Of a DNA stretch of 64,000 bases, positions 11,940-23,814 are shown piece after piece. Under the pieces are notes generated by a model. It was not told the DNA's origin, searched no databases, and saw only the letters and a list, made by a program, of their open reading frames with translations. The position numbers and the translations under genes are program-made. This stretch comes from Octopus sinensis. Its lineage: Eukaryota. Position 1 is the first letter of the stretch; every line of letters starts with the position of its first letter. The stretch spans positions 203,856,001 to 203,920,000 of the forward strand of contig NC_042998.1 of NCBI RefSeq assembly GCF_006345805.1. Reading direction: 5' to 3'.

Positions 11940-12345
11940 TTGTGGAGTGGCTGTGTGGTAAGTAGCTTGTTTACCCGCCACATGGTTCCGGGTTCAGTCC
12001 CACTGCGTGGCACCTTGGGCGAATGTCTTCTACTATAGCCTCGGGCCGACCAAAGCCTTGTGAGTGGATTTGGTAGACAGAAACTGAAAAGAAGCCCGTC
12101 GTATATATATATATATATATATATATATGCGTGTGTGTGTTTGTGTGTCTGTGTTTGTCCCCCTAGCATTGCTTGACAACCGATGCTGGTGTGTTTATGT
12201 CCTCTAACTTAGCGGTTCGGCAAAAGAGACCGATAGAATAAGTACTGGGCTTACAAAAGAATAAGTCCCGGGATCGAGTTGCTTGATTAAAGGCGGTGCT
12301 CCAGCATGGCCGCAGTCAAATGACTGAAACGAGTGAAAGAGTATA
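11940..12345 (+). mobile_element. SINE-A, full length (OK-like head, internal (TA)/(GT) microsatellite, CR1-type tail)
   Basis: Head gtggctgtgtggtaag...ggttccgggttcagtccc (A/B-box-like). Tail ggcggtgctccagcatggccgcagtcaaatgactgaaac. Confidence 0.85.
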
Positions 12346-12459
12346 TCGAAACATATATATGTATGGAGAATATCTTTTTTCTTGGATATTTTTGGATTAT
12401 GTTTTATTTGAGGCGGTTCCTGTTATACTCTTATAGGTATGTTTTTTTCATCTTTTAAT

Positions 12460-12630
12460 TTGCATTAAATCTGGATCTCTGCTTCACAAATAATATGGAT
12501 CTCATCCATAATGTGAAAGTGACACCGACGCTACTCTCGGATCACAACATGGTAGTACTGACCATGTACGGGCCAAAGGAAAGCATGGACATGCAGCCTA
12601 CAAGAAACTCTCAGAATCTTTCCAAATGAG
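12460..12630 (+). mobile_element. CR1-like AP endonuclease C-terminal fragment
   Basis: LDLCFTNNMDLIHNVKVTPTLLSDHNMVVL contains the APE 'DL.FT' and 'SDH' motifs. Confidence 0.7.
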
Positions 12631-12635
12631 AGAGA

Positions 12636-12677
<42 letters not shown>

Positions 12678-12961
12678 AAATGGGACAAGAACGCAAAACA
12701 TTCAAATAGACGATACAAAAAAACACGGAAGGGTCATTCGAAGCCTCTAATCTTCAGTCAAGAACCGGGTCATCCTCGCAATTTCGGCTGATTAATCTTG
12801 AGATTGCTCCGATCTGACCAGCCCCGAGGAAAAACTAAGCTACGAGCATTAGATTTCTTCGAAAAAGGATCGAATGTATACGAAACAAAGACAGAAAAAA
12901 AGGACGATGTTACACGAATATAAGTACAAAAAACAAAAAATAATACGAATATAAATACAAA

Positions 12962-12995
<34 letters not shown>

Positions 12996-13011
12996 AATAA
13001 TAATAATAATA

Positions 13012-13044
<33 letters not shown>

Positions 13045-13139
13045 GGACATAACAACAGGCGTCTTTCGACTTAGACGAATTAAACTCAGCTGGCGTATTT
13101 GAAATATAATGCTTACGGCAGACGAAGAAAGCGATGTTA

Positions 13140-13340
13140 TTGTGGCGAGAATTCACAAAAAAAACAAAACAAAAGAGGAAGACATGTGGTGTAGAAAACA
13201 AACTGATGTATTAGTATAACGCTCAGGAATTGAAAAAGTCTTTTACGTTTCGAGCCTACGCTCTTCCACTGAAAGGGACACAGAAAGAAACAAGAGAGAA
13301 AATAAAGAATGGGTAGCGGCTGGCGATCTATATACTTTTC
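13140..13340 (-). mobile_element. PLE-derived repeat of the same family as 7625-7800, with a decayed hammerhead motif at 13240-13275
   Basis: Minus strand: cuuu CAGUGGA a gagc-guag-gcuc GAAAC GUA aaag. Confidence 0.5.
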
Positions 13341-13741
13341 TGTTACTCTTTTACTTCTTTCAGCCATTTGACAGCGGCCATCCTGGAGCACTGCCTTCAG
13401 TCGAGCAAATCGACCCCAGGGCTTTGTAAGCCTGGTACTTATTCTATCGGTCTTTTTGCCGAACCGCTGATTTACGGGGACGTAAAAACACCAGCATCGA
13501 TTGTCAAGCGATGTTGGGGGGAAAATCACAGACACACAAACATACACACACATACATATACATATGTATATACATATACGACGGGCTTCTTCCAGTTTCC
13601 GTCTACCAAATCCACTCACAAAGCTTTGGTCGGCCCGAGGCTATAGGAGAAGACACTTGCCCAAGGTACGACGCAGTGAGACTGAACCCAGGACTATGTG
13701 GTTGTTAAGCAAGCTACTTACCACACAGCCACTCCTGCGCC

Positions 13742-13745
<4 letters not shown>
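13340..13745 (-). mobile_element. SINE-A, full length
   Basis: Reverse complement of the 11940-12345 pattern. Confidence 0.85.
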
Positions 13746-13807
<62 letters not shown>

Positions 13808-13929
13808 CACACACAGCCAATTCAAATAAACAAACAGTTCCCAGTAAACGAATAAAAAAATTGAATAATAACGACATGAAATACTTGCAGAAGAAATGTA
13901 TTTGCTTGACTTTCGGTGAAAGGAGAGAG

Positions 13930-13962
13930 TTTGACGTTCCGAGCATAGCTCCTCTTCGGAAA
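13930..13962 (-). ncRNA. Degenerate hammerhead motif, C4 core
   Basis: uuu CCGAAGA g gagc-uau-gcuc GGAAC GUC aaa. Same repeat family as 11260-11465 and 22640-22850. Confidence 0.45.
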
Positions 13963-14409
13963 GGAGAAAAGGAAAAGTCCAAAGATGGAGAAGAAATCGC
14001 CAGCGGTACACGTGCAAATTGATGGAGTGGAACAGGTAAAACGCCGGCTACATATGTTTCATAGCTAGCAGATCCTCTAGTCTAATAATTACTCAACGAG
14101 GGTTACTCAGCTAGATACTCATTAGATGGAGGTTTCGCTGTCATTTGGGAACCCCAAGTTAACTCACCGAAGATGTAATTTGAAATGGGAAGTGAAGCTG
14201 GATTTCAGGCAACCTTCATTTGACCTGTTCCACTCCTTTTATCTGGATTTTTATTCACATTCATAGGAGCTCTTGTTGCTAACAGGGAACTATACATAAA
14301 CTTGATCAGCTAATCGAACTTCGATACGGGAAAAGCCTACAACACTTCGACGCCAGTAGAATATTTAGATCCTTGGATTTTACAATTACACACACACACA
14401 CATACATAT

Positions 14410-14480
<71 letters not shown>

Positions 14481-14755
14481 CATGTATGTGTGTGTGTACG
14501 CATATATGTATGGGTTGTAGTGTCATAATCTTTGTGTTTCCTCTTCACCACCGCTTAAAAACCGAGGTAGGCATACTTACGTCCCCTTAAATTAGCAGTT
14601 CGGCAAAAGAGAAGGATAAAATACGAACCACACTTTAAAAACAAGCACTTAGGTGGAATTTTTTAAGGCGTTGCTACAGCATGACCACATTGCAGTGACT
14701 AAAACAAATAAGATATTTATGCATACATACAGACACTTATATATATATATCTGTA

Positions 14756-14878
<123 letters not shown>

Positions 14879-15189
14879 TGTGTGGTATATATATATATGT
14901 GTGTATATATATATATATGTATGTGTATATATATATACACACACATATATATATATATAAGCATATACTCGTACATCCGCATACATTGTGTGTTCCTTAG
15001 CATGTGTGTATGTGTGTGCAATATGTAGGGCTTGTGTTCTGTGTGTACCATAAATGTATGATCACGCCGATGAGCCACACCACGCCATCTACGTCATTTG
15101 CTAATTAACCCAGTAACAATAACTCTTCCCAAGAGATATCATCACTGAGAGAGAGAGAGAGTGGGGGAGAGAGAGACGAACGGAAAGAC

Positions 15190-15227
<38 letters not shown>

Positions 15228-15459
15228 TGAGGGGGGAAGGGACGGAGGGGGATGTATGGTAATCTATTATTTATAATTTGATGTTGCAAATGTCAACTGA
15301 ATGCGTTCGCTTTTGCTCGTCTTCTTCTTACGACTCAATTCTGGTTTTGTTCTTCGAAAGCTGATTGATTTTTCTGGCCAATGTTACTGACATGAATTTA
15401 CGACAAACGAGAGACAATGCAACACTGCCCTGACACACTGAGGCGTCTTCCTCGCATTT

Positions 15460-16595
15460 ACTCGTTTACTCTTTTACTTGTTTCAGTCATTTGACTGCGG
15501 CCATGCTGGAGCACCGCCTTTAGTCGAGCAAATCGACCCCGGGACTTATTCTTTTTGTAAGCCCAGTACTTATTCTATCGGTCTCTTTTGCCGAACCGCT
15601 AAGTGACGGGGGACGTAAACACACCAGCATCGGTTGTCAAGCAATGCTAGGGGGACAAACACAGACACACAAACACACACACACATACACACATATATAT
15701 ATATATATATATACATATACTAGCAGTATCGCCCGGCGTTGCTCGGGTTTGTTTCGACCCGCTGGAATTGTAATTTTGAAAAGTAGAAAAAAATTGTGAA
15801 CATTTTTTGGTCGAAATACACCGAAAAGTGGCGACACAGCAGTGAAAAAATCGTAAAAAAATAGGGATTTTCATAGAAAAAAGCATCTTTTTGATGTAAT
15901 TAACTTTTGGTGTTAACATGGTCCGATTTGAATTTTATGTTCTACGGAAGGAAGAGCAACCCTTCTTCTACCATACTCTCAATTTTGGTCAACTTGCGCC
16001 GCAGGGTCTCGGAGGAGATAGTGTTAGTTGAAGGTTACCATTCTAGGTGCCTGAGTAACAACCTCGCGGATTTACAGATAATGAATTAATTACTTTTTAC
16101 AGAATAAAATTAATAATTCTTGAAAATTAATTAATATTAATATTTTTTGAACAAAGTAAATAATTTTTAAAACTTAAATAATAATTTTTTTACACAAACG
16201 CGAACGGGGAAAAGGGGGTGGCGAATTCGATTTACATACCTAAATTTTTTCTTTTTCATGACATTGTAGCAAAATAGTAGTGAATTATATAAATACCAGC
16301 AGTACATTTTTTTTTCTGGGGTATTTTTTTTCAACCTCGTCACATATTGCCCCTTCAATTTAAACAAAGTCTTAATTAAGCAATTACGGCAGCTTAGCAA
16401 TGGTTTCAATACAGGCGTGACATCTGTATCTCAATTGTTCAAAACCCTTCGAATTTTTTCGCACGTGATGATATCATAGTGAAACTTTCAATTACGCGCG
16501 CTTATTTCTGTCTTTCACTCTGTCTGTCTCTTTACACACACTAACAAAAGCACTTCACTTACACACCACACTTTCTGTGTCGCACAACCCATCAT

Positions 16596-16636
<41 letters not shown>

Positions 16637-17345
16637 ACGCACACATGTACATCAATGCTTTCGGAGTGAAATGTTAAAATATGAGTTTTCTCGAATTTTG
16701 TCTTAATTGTGGTAAAATTGAAAGAAATTTTATATGGCATCACCCACTGAAGTACTCTGAAAAATCATGGGTACACTCTAATTGAAAAATTTGTGTGAGG
16801 AGTAAATCGTTATGTATTTATTTGTTTCTGTTTGCTGTGTTTTTTTTATTTTTTGAGTAGTGGTTTAAATACTTTCAGTTTAGTCTTCCTCAATCACTCT
16901 GTCGCTCTATTTACTTTCAGTTTATTCGTTGCACACTGTGTGTGTGCGTGTGCGTGTGGTGTAAACCACATTAAAAAAGCATTTGACACACACACCAGAA
17001 TGTGAGTTTTCTGTAAATTTTGCTTAATTGGAGTTTAAATTTTAAAAACTGGACCTGGCATGACCCGATGCATTCTACTCTTAAAAATGCTAGGTAAATT
17101 GTAATTGAAGAAATCCTATATTGTAGATTTCTATAACTTACAAAGGGAGGCAGATAAAATCTGCCTTTTATAATAAGAGATACGATGGGCTTCTTTCAGT
17201 TTCCGTCTACCAAATCCACTCACAAGGCATTGGTCGGCCCGGGGCTATAGCAGAAGACACTTGCCCAAGATGCCACGCAGTGGGACTGAACCCGAAACAT
17301 GTGTTTGGTTAGCAATCTACTTACCACACAGCCACTCCTGCGCCT
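15460..17345 (-). mobile_element. SINE-A split by a 1.46-kb insert
   Basis: Tail half at 15460-15680, head half at 17182-17345. Confidence 0.8.
15719..17181 (+). mobile_element. Helentron-associated (HINE/DINE-1/Lep1-like) non-autonomous element
   Basis: 5' tactagcagtatcgcccggcgttgctcggg, identical to 31672. The 3' end has a short hairpin (ggcagataaaatctgcc) followed by ttttataataagagat. Inserted in (TA)n. Confidence 0.5.
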
Positions 17346-17522
17346 TTATTTATTCCATTTTCTTTTAGAGCTTCAGAGGAACATTTCAATGGAGTTGATT
17401 TTTTCCAATATGAGGTTTCACACCCCGCAATTAAAAGTAGTCAAAAGTTCTCCAAAATACAGCCTAAAAATTTAAGGAAAACTCATTTTGGATAGTAATC
17501 CTGATGGACTGTCCGAAAATCG

Positions 17523-17825
17523 TGGAGGCGCAATGGCTCAGTGGTTAGGGCAGCGGACTTGCGGTCAGAGGATCGCGGTTTCGATTCCTCAGAGCGGGCA
17601 CTGTGTGTGTTTATTGAGCGAAAGTACCTAAAAGCTTCACGAGGTTCCAGCAGCGGGTGGTGGCGACCTCTGTTGTATTTTTTACGTCACAACTTTCTCT
17701 CACTCTCTCTTCCTGTTTCTTGAGTAACGCTGCAATGGTCTAGCGTCCCGTCCGCTGGCGGGGGGGGGCACATATGCCACAGAAACCGGACACATGACCC
17801 TGGCTAGGCTTGAAAAGGACGACGT
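17523..17825 (+). mobile_element. SINE-B (OR-like tRNA-derived head, tail 1)
   Basis: ggcgcaatggctcagtggttagggcagcggacttgcggtc...ggtttcgattcc, with A and B boxes. Confidence 0.8.
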
Positions 17826-18079
17826 TTATCGTTTTTGTCCGAAAATCAGATGAGATGGTTGTGGCTGGAAGACTTTGATAATAGAACCACTGGTTTGGAA
17901 TCGACCTGGGTGTTAAACAACAACAATGTATATAAACTATAATTATTTTCGATATTGGGAAAGCTGACTTTGAACTGAGAACTTGAACGTAACAACATAT
18001 TGCAAATTATTGCGTCCACGACTCTACCAAACCCATCACTTCTGCGCCTCGTTATCAATATTCCATCAGAAACATGAGC

Positions 18080-18350
18080 ATGCTGGGCGAAATGCTTAGC
18101 GGTATTTCGGTATTTCGTTTGCCGCTACGTTCTGCGTTCAAATTCCGCAGTGGAAGCGCAATGGCCTAGTGGTTAGGGCAGCGGACTCGCGGTCAGCGGA
18201 TCGCGGTTTCGATTCTCAGACCGGGCACTGTGTGTGTTTATTGAGCGAAAGCACCTAAAAGCTCCACGAGGCTCCGGCAGGGGGTGGTGACGACCCCTGT
18301 TGTACTCTTTCGCTCCAACTTTCTCTCACTCTTTCTTCTTGTTTCTTATC
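18080..18350 (+). mobile_element. SINE-C head interrupted by a SINE-B head
   Basis: gggcgaaatgcttagcggtatttcg... followed by gtggaagcgcaatggcctagtggttagggc. Confidence 0.7.
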
Positions 18351-18740
18351 TCCGACTTCCTACGCAACCACTGAGCCTGGATGCACATTCATCCATCCGT
18401 CGATGCTCTCGGCGTCGGGGGTTGACCTGCTTTCTCTTCTGTGGGTCTTACGAATAGCAAAGGACCACGTTTCGGACTTCTTCCACTCTGGGACGAAGAC
18501 CGCTTCGCTCACCAGCAACAGCAGCAGCAGCAGCCGTCCAAGAATTTGGACCTGGAGATCTCCATTTCCAGCGACTTCGAGGGCCACCTCCCAATGGTGT
18601 CGGGCGTCAACGAAGAGCCTTCGACTACAACAAGACGACCAAAGTTCTTTTTTCCAGGATCTGGGGACTCCCGTCCCTAAGCCCTGGACCATCACCTAAT
18701 CACCCTTACCCGTCTTGCTGCTTAACAACAACAACAACAA
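18350..18740 (+). mobile_element. Unclassified GC-rich retroposon 3' end with (CAA)n tail
   Basis: Second copy on the minus strand at 52590-52790. Both end ...cccgtcttg(c/t)tgcttaacaacaacaac. Confidence 0.6.
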
Positions 18741-18779
18741 GCTGGGCTGCAAAAACAATGCCGGTGATTTTGTTATGAT

Positions 18780-19160
18780 GTGGCACTCCGTCGGTTACGA
18801 CGACGTGGGTTCCAGTTGATCCGATCAACGGAACAGCCTGCTCGTGAAATTAACGTGCAACTGGTTGAGCACTCCACAGACACGTGTACCCTTAACGTAG
18901 TTGTCGGGGAGATTCAGCGTGACACAGAGTGTGACAAGGCTGGCCCCTTTGAAATACAGGTACAGCAGAAACAGGAAGAAAGAGGGAAAGCTGTAGTGAA
19001 AGAGTACAGCAGGGTTCGCCACCACCCCACCTGCCGGAGCCTCGTGGAGCTTTAGGTGTTTTCTCTCAATAAACACTCAACGCCGGTCTGAGAATCGAAA
19101 CCGCAATCCTGTGACCGCGAATCAGCTGTCCTAACCACTTGGCCATTACACCTCCGATTT
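18780..19160 (-). mobile_element. Chimeric SINE (SINE-B head plus SINE-D tail 2)
   Basis: Same junction at gtacctgtatttcaaagg as the copies at 23815 and 28855. Confidence 0.78.
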
Positions 19161-19179
19161 TGTTATGTTATTTCTTTTA

Positions 19180-19390
19180 CTACCCACAAGGGGCTAAACA
19201 TATAGGGGACAAACAAGGACAGACAGTCGATTATTGCGACCCCAGTGTTTCACTGGTACTTAATTTATCAACCCCGAAATGATGAAAGGCAAAGTCGACC
19301 TCGGCAGAATTTGAACTCAGAACGTAGCGGCAGACGAAATACAGCTAAGCATTTCTCCCGGCGTGCTAACCTTTCTGCCAGCTCGCCACC
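19180..19390 (-). mobile_element. SINE-C, full length
   Basis: Reverse complement of 55225-55460. Confidence 0.8.
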
Positions 19391-19667
19391 ATGATAGGTT
19401 CTACGATTAGTTATCAGGACGGTTGTTTGTTGAGGGTGGGCCGGATGGGGTGTGGGTGCCTTTGCCCCATCACCGCATCGCATTATACAACAGTCCGACC
19501 ATCCGACCTTCCGTGCAGCCAGTTGTTTGTTCAATCAACATTTCCTATCGATCGTATCTCTTGCTGCTTATTTTCATTTAATTAACCTCCCCCAATTATT
19601 CGATCGATAATTATTCAATTTTTACTTTCATTAGATTTGCGTTGCGCTTGCAATTCTCTCAATCTTG

Positions 19668-19706
<39 letters not shown>

Positions 19707-19974
19707 CTCTGCACATACACATATGTATACACACACACACATAAACACTTACATTCATACATGCATATATGCATACATACGTACACACATATATACATAT
19801 TTACCGATGTACATGTTTATATATATATATATATGTATAGAGAGAGAGAGAGAGAGAATAGTAAAAAGTGAGAAAAATACAGAAGGCTTGTTTTAAAAGG
19901 TTAAAAAATATATATTTGAGTCAATATGTCTGAAGAATGTTATCAATTTTTTTCATACAATGACATAGTTTTTG

Positions 19975-20014
19975 AAGAAATGACCGGTTTCGCGTTCAGC
20001 TTTTCAAATTTCTT
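19975..20014 (-). ncRNA. Type I hammerhead motif, intact U3-A8 core, just 3' of a PLE GIY-YIG
   Basis: aagaaau UUGAAAA gc-ugaac-gc GAAAC CG GUC auuucuu. Perfect 7-bp stem I and ACCGGU palindrome. Confidence 0.7.
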
Positions 20015-20039
20015 ACATCGTTATGTTTACGTTGAGAAG

Positions 20040-20538
20040 AGTTTCAGATAAGGGGAGGTAATAAGTGATTTCTTCCTGTGTAAGGAAGATACGAAAGTCT
20101 CGCGTAAAATTTTTTGCCTTTCTTTTGGAGTGAGTTTCTCTGTATAAGTATGTTGGAATGGTTAAGTTTGGGCTTGTATTTTTCAATGAAGAATGTTTCC
20201 TTGTTTAGTCTAATTTGTGTTGGTGTTTCGATAGCACATTGGTAAAATGGAAAGATTAAAAATTGTGGTAGTAGTTGCTTTGCGCATTTCTCAATGTGCT
20301 CACTAAAGGGTATCATTCTGTATTCTGGGAATGCAATCTGTTGTCGATGCAGTGTGCATCTACGTCTGAGTGATAGTCCCATGGACCCCACGTAGTCTTG
20401 GTGGCAGCCCGAGCATTTTATGACATATATTATGTTTTCAGAGGCACAAGTAAAATTAGATTTGATCTTGAATTTCTGTCCCTCTTTGAAGAGGAATTCT
20501 GATCCTTCTAGCAGGTTTGGATATGTTGCACAGTTCGA
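20040..20538 (-). mobile_element. Penelope-like element GIY-YIG endonuclease fragment
   Basis: NLLEGSEFLFKEGQKFKIKSNFTCASENIIYVIKCSGCHQDYVGSMGLSLRRRCTLHRQQI...ETFFIEKYKPKLN. Confidence 0.88.
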
Positions 20539-20629
20539 TGATACCCTTTAGTGAGCACATTGAGAAATGCGCAAAGCAACTACTACCACAATTTTTAATC
20601 TTTCCATTTTACCAATGTGCTATCGGTAA

Positions 20630-21685
20630 AAGTATAAACTGCTTTTATAGTGACCCTCTCAGATATGCCCTCAAATGCCCGGATAGCCACTGTGGCCAGC
20701 TATGCAGACGATACGAAAGTCTCGCAGAAAATACAGAACCCCAGCGATGTTGCACACCTGCAGCAGGAGTTGGACTCAATCTACAGATGGGCTGAGGATA
20801 ATAATATGCAGTTTAATGCTGAAAAATTCCAGGCCCTCCGCTACAAGCATCCAAAACTGAATATTAAACTTACAGGATACACCGGCCCACAGGGAATTTC
20901 AATCCCAGAGCCTAAGTCTGTGAGGGACCTGGGTATCGACATGAGTGATGATACCTCTTTCCAAGTGCACATTACCAGGATGGCGACAAAGTGCAGATGA
21001 CTGGTTGGGTGGATCCTAAGAACATTCAGAACCAGAGATAAGGAAACCATGATGGTCCTCTGGCGAACATTCTTCCTCAGCCGCCTGGATTACTGCTCAC
21101 AGCTATGGTCACCCACCAGTGTAAAATTAACAGCGGACATTGAAGCGATCCAGAGAATATTCACGAAGAAGATCGTCTCTTTGCAACAGCTCAGCTACTG
21201 GGAAAGGTTGAAACAGCTAAGACTCTACTCCCTGGAGAGAAGACGAGAGACGTATGCAGTAATATATGTCTGGAAGATCCTGGAAGGAATTGTGCCAAAT
21301 TTTGGCATTGTAAGCTACACCAATGCTAGAACGGGACGACAATGCATAGTGCCAAAGATCCCATCAATGCCATCAGGCTTCAGGACTAGCTTCTGCAACA
21401 ACCTGGGTTTCAGGGGCCCACAGCTTTTTAATATTCTCCCAAAGAGTCTGAGGAACTTGCACAAAGTAGATGTAGCGGTTTTTAAATCAAAGCTGGACAT
21501 ATTCCTGTCAAGAGTCCCAGATGAACCTACCTCACGGCAAGAGGTGCAAATGAGAGTAGCTATATAAAACCCCATTCTTCACCAAGTGCCACATATTAGA
21601 CGAGGTTCGTCGTAATAACAGTGTAGCACAAAACGGCGGTGCATCAGCATGGCCGCAGCTCTGAGCTGAAACTAAAAAAAAAATA
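20630..21685 (+). mobile_element. 5'-truncated CR1/L2-group LINE (RT C-terminal half and 3' UTR)
   Basis: SYADDTK, QQELDSIYRWAEDNNMQFNAEK, VRDLG, SRLDYCSQLWSP, SYWERLKQLRLYSLERRR. One stop at 20998. A-rich tail. Confidence 0.92.
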
Positions 21686-21698
21686 TACATATATATAT

Positions 21699-21743
<45 letters not shown>

Positions 21744-21832
21744 AACATACATTATATATATACATAGATACACACACACACACACACCCACACCACATAT
21801 ATATATATATATACATACATACATACATACAT

Positions 21833-21863
<31 letters not shown>

Positions 21864-22293
21864 TTATATATATATTATATATATATATATATGAATGAGT
21901 GGACAAACGAAAGAAAGGCTACTCGGCAGATGTATTGGGATTTGAGTAATATATATGTGTGTGTGCGTGTGTGAGTGTGTGTTCGTGTGTTTGTGTTTGT
22001 GTGTATGAAAGTACGTATGTACGTATAAAAGAAAACATCAGAGAATGTTTCATAATTAGTCACGCCATGTTATTTACGTTTCATTAACACAAATTGATTA
22101 TTGCTTATATAATACAGTGGCCATATTCACGACTCATTTTCAAATAGTCGGAGACGTGTAACTTTTAAACAGCTTTACTCGATTGCTCGAGACGAATATA
22201 TATTTACATACAAATGTGTGTGTGTGAGTATGTGTCTGTGTGTGAGTGTGTACACGCATACATACATTCATATATATATATATATTATATGTG

Positions 22294-22325
<32 letters not shown>

Positions 22326-22334
22326 GTGTGCGTA

Positions 22335-22505
22335 GGCGTATAGGCTGTGTAGTAAGAAGTTTCCCTCCAAAGCACGTAGATCCGGGTTCACACCCACTGC
22401 AACTAAAGCCTTGTGAAACTGAAGGAAGTCCGTCGTAGCCTGTTAGTAAATTTTTACATGGTGGTGCCCCAGCATGGCCACAATCACATGACTGAAACAG
22501 ATAGA
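22335..22505 (+). mobile_element. Internally deleted SINE-A
   Basis: Head remnant joined to the ccagcatggcc...ctgaaac tail. Confidence 0.6.
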
Positions 22506-22747
22506 AGATAATATATATATATATTATATATATATATAATTTGATATATTCTCGCTCACCTCTGCCACTATCTGGCGTATACAGGTGCTTACACTTATCA
22601 AGTATTCACACCTAAATTTACAGTTCCTACATATACACATAAAGTTAATCGAAACATGAACAGAAACAAAGAGAAATCACAACAACGCGAGGACGTGGAA
22701 CAAATATAGTATTATTGGACGGTCAGGAAAGAAGGGAAGAAGGAGGG

Positions 22748-22780
22748 TTTAACGTTTCGAGCGGAGCTCTTAGTCGGAAA
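22748..22780 (-). ncRNA. Degenerate hammerhead motif (C4 core, G8 mutated) in PLE-derived repeat 22640-22850
   Basis: uuu CCGACUA a gagc-ucc-gcuc GAAAC GUU aaa. Confidence 0.42.
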
Positions 22781-23164
22781 CATAGGAGAAGGAAAGATCC
22801 AGAGAAGGGAAGACAGAGGAAAAAAATCGCCAACGGTACTAACGAAGTCACACACACACACATATATATATAACTATATATATATATATATATTATATAT
22901 ATATGGGGTATGTGTGTATCCGGGGCTCTTAATGCCCTCCATCTCTCACATCTTTTCCCCAGCATTTATCTCTTTTTAAAGAAAAGAAAAGCCGATCGTT
23001 TATAGAGTTCCTAAATGCTTTTAAATGACCAAGAAGCTTCATCTCAAGTTGCGGAATATTGATAAGTTCCCATTCAGAACGAAATGAATTTAAATTTATC
23101 TACAGCTACTTGCAAACAAAAAAGCAGAAAAACAAATAAGAATGTATTATATAGAATCATAACT

Positions 23165-23575
23165 CTTTTACTCTCTCTTTTACTTGTTTCAGTCATTTGA
23201 CTGCGGCCATGCTGGAGCACCGCCTTTAGTCGAGCAAATCGACCCCGGGACTTATTCTTTGTAAGCCCAGTACTTAATTCTATCGGTCTCTTTTGCTGAA
23301 CCTTTAAGTGACGGGGACATAAACACACAACACATCGGTTGTCAAGCAATGCTAAGGGGACAAACACACACACACAAACATATACACACACATATATATA
23401 CATATATACGACAGGCTTCTTTCAGTTTCCGTCTACCAAATCCACTCACAAGGCATTGGTCGGCTCGGGGCTATAGCAGAAGACACTTGCCCAAGATGCC
23501 ACGCAGTGGGACTGAACCCGGAACCATGTGGTTGGTTAGCAAGCTACTTACCACACAGCCACTCCTGCGCATAAT
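23165..23575 (-). mobile_element. SINE-A, full length
   Basis: Homology along the whole length. Confidence 0.85.
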
Positions 23576-23814
23576 ACAATATTTAAAAAATATCTCTCTC
23601 GGCGATTCTTTCCCCTTGAGGAAAAATTTCCCCCGCCCTTTTATTTCTTAGCAAAGCCTAATTCTCTCTCCCTCTTAAACAAAAATCAACTGTAGGTAAC
23701 ATCAGAGGAGGTCACCATTCAAATTTCACACACACACACACACATTTATATATATATTTGTCTCTATGTGTGCATATATGCAGGAATTTATGCAAATATG
23801 CGTACATGTATGGG

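Noticed and set aside
12730-12765. Minus-strand CUGAAGA...CGAAUGAC
   Set aside because: Lacks GAAA and supporting stems.
17523-17600. tRNA-like sequence (also 18150, 11940 and others)
   Set aside because: A/B boxes are present but there is no acceptor stem, and each continues into a multi-copy SINE body.
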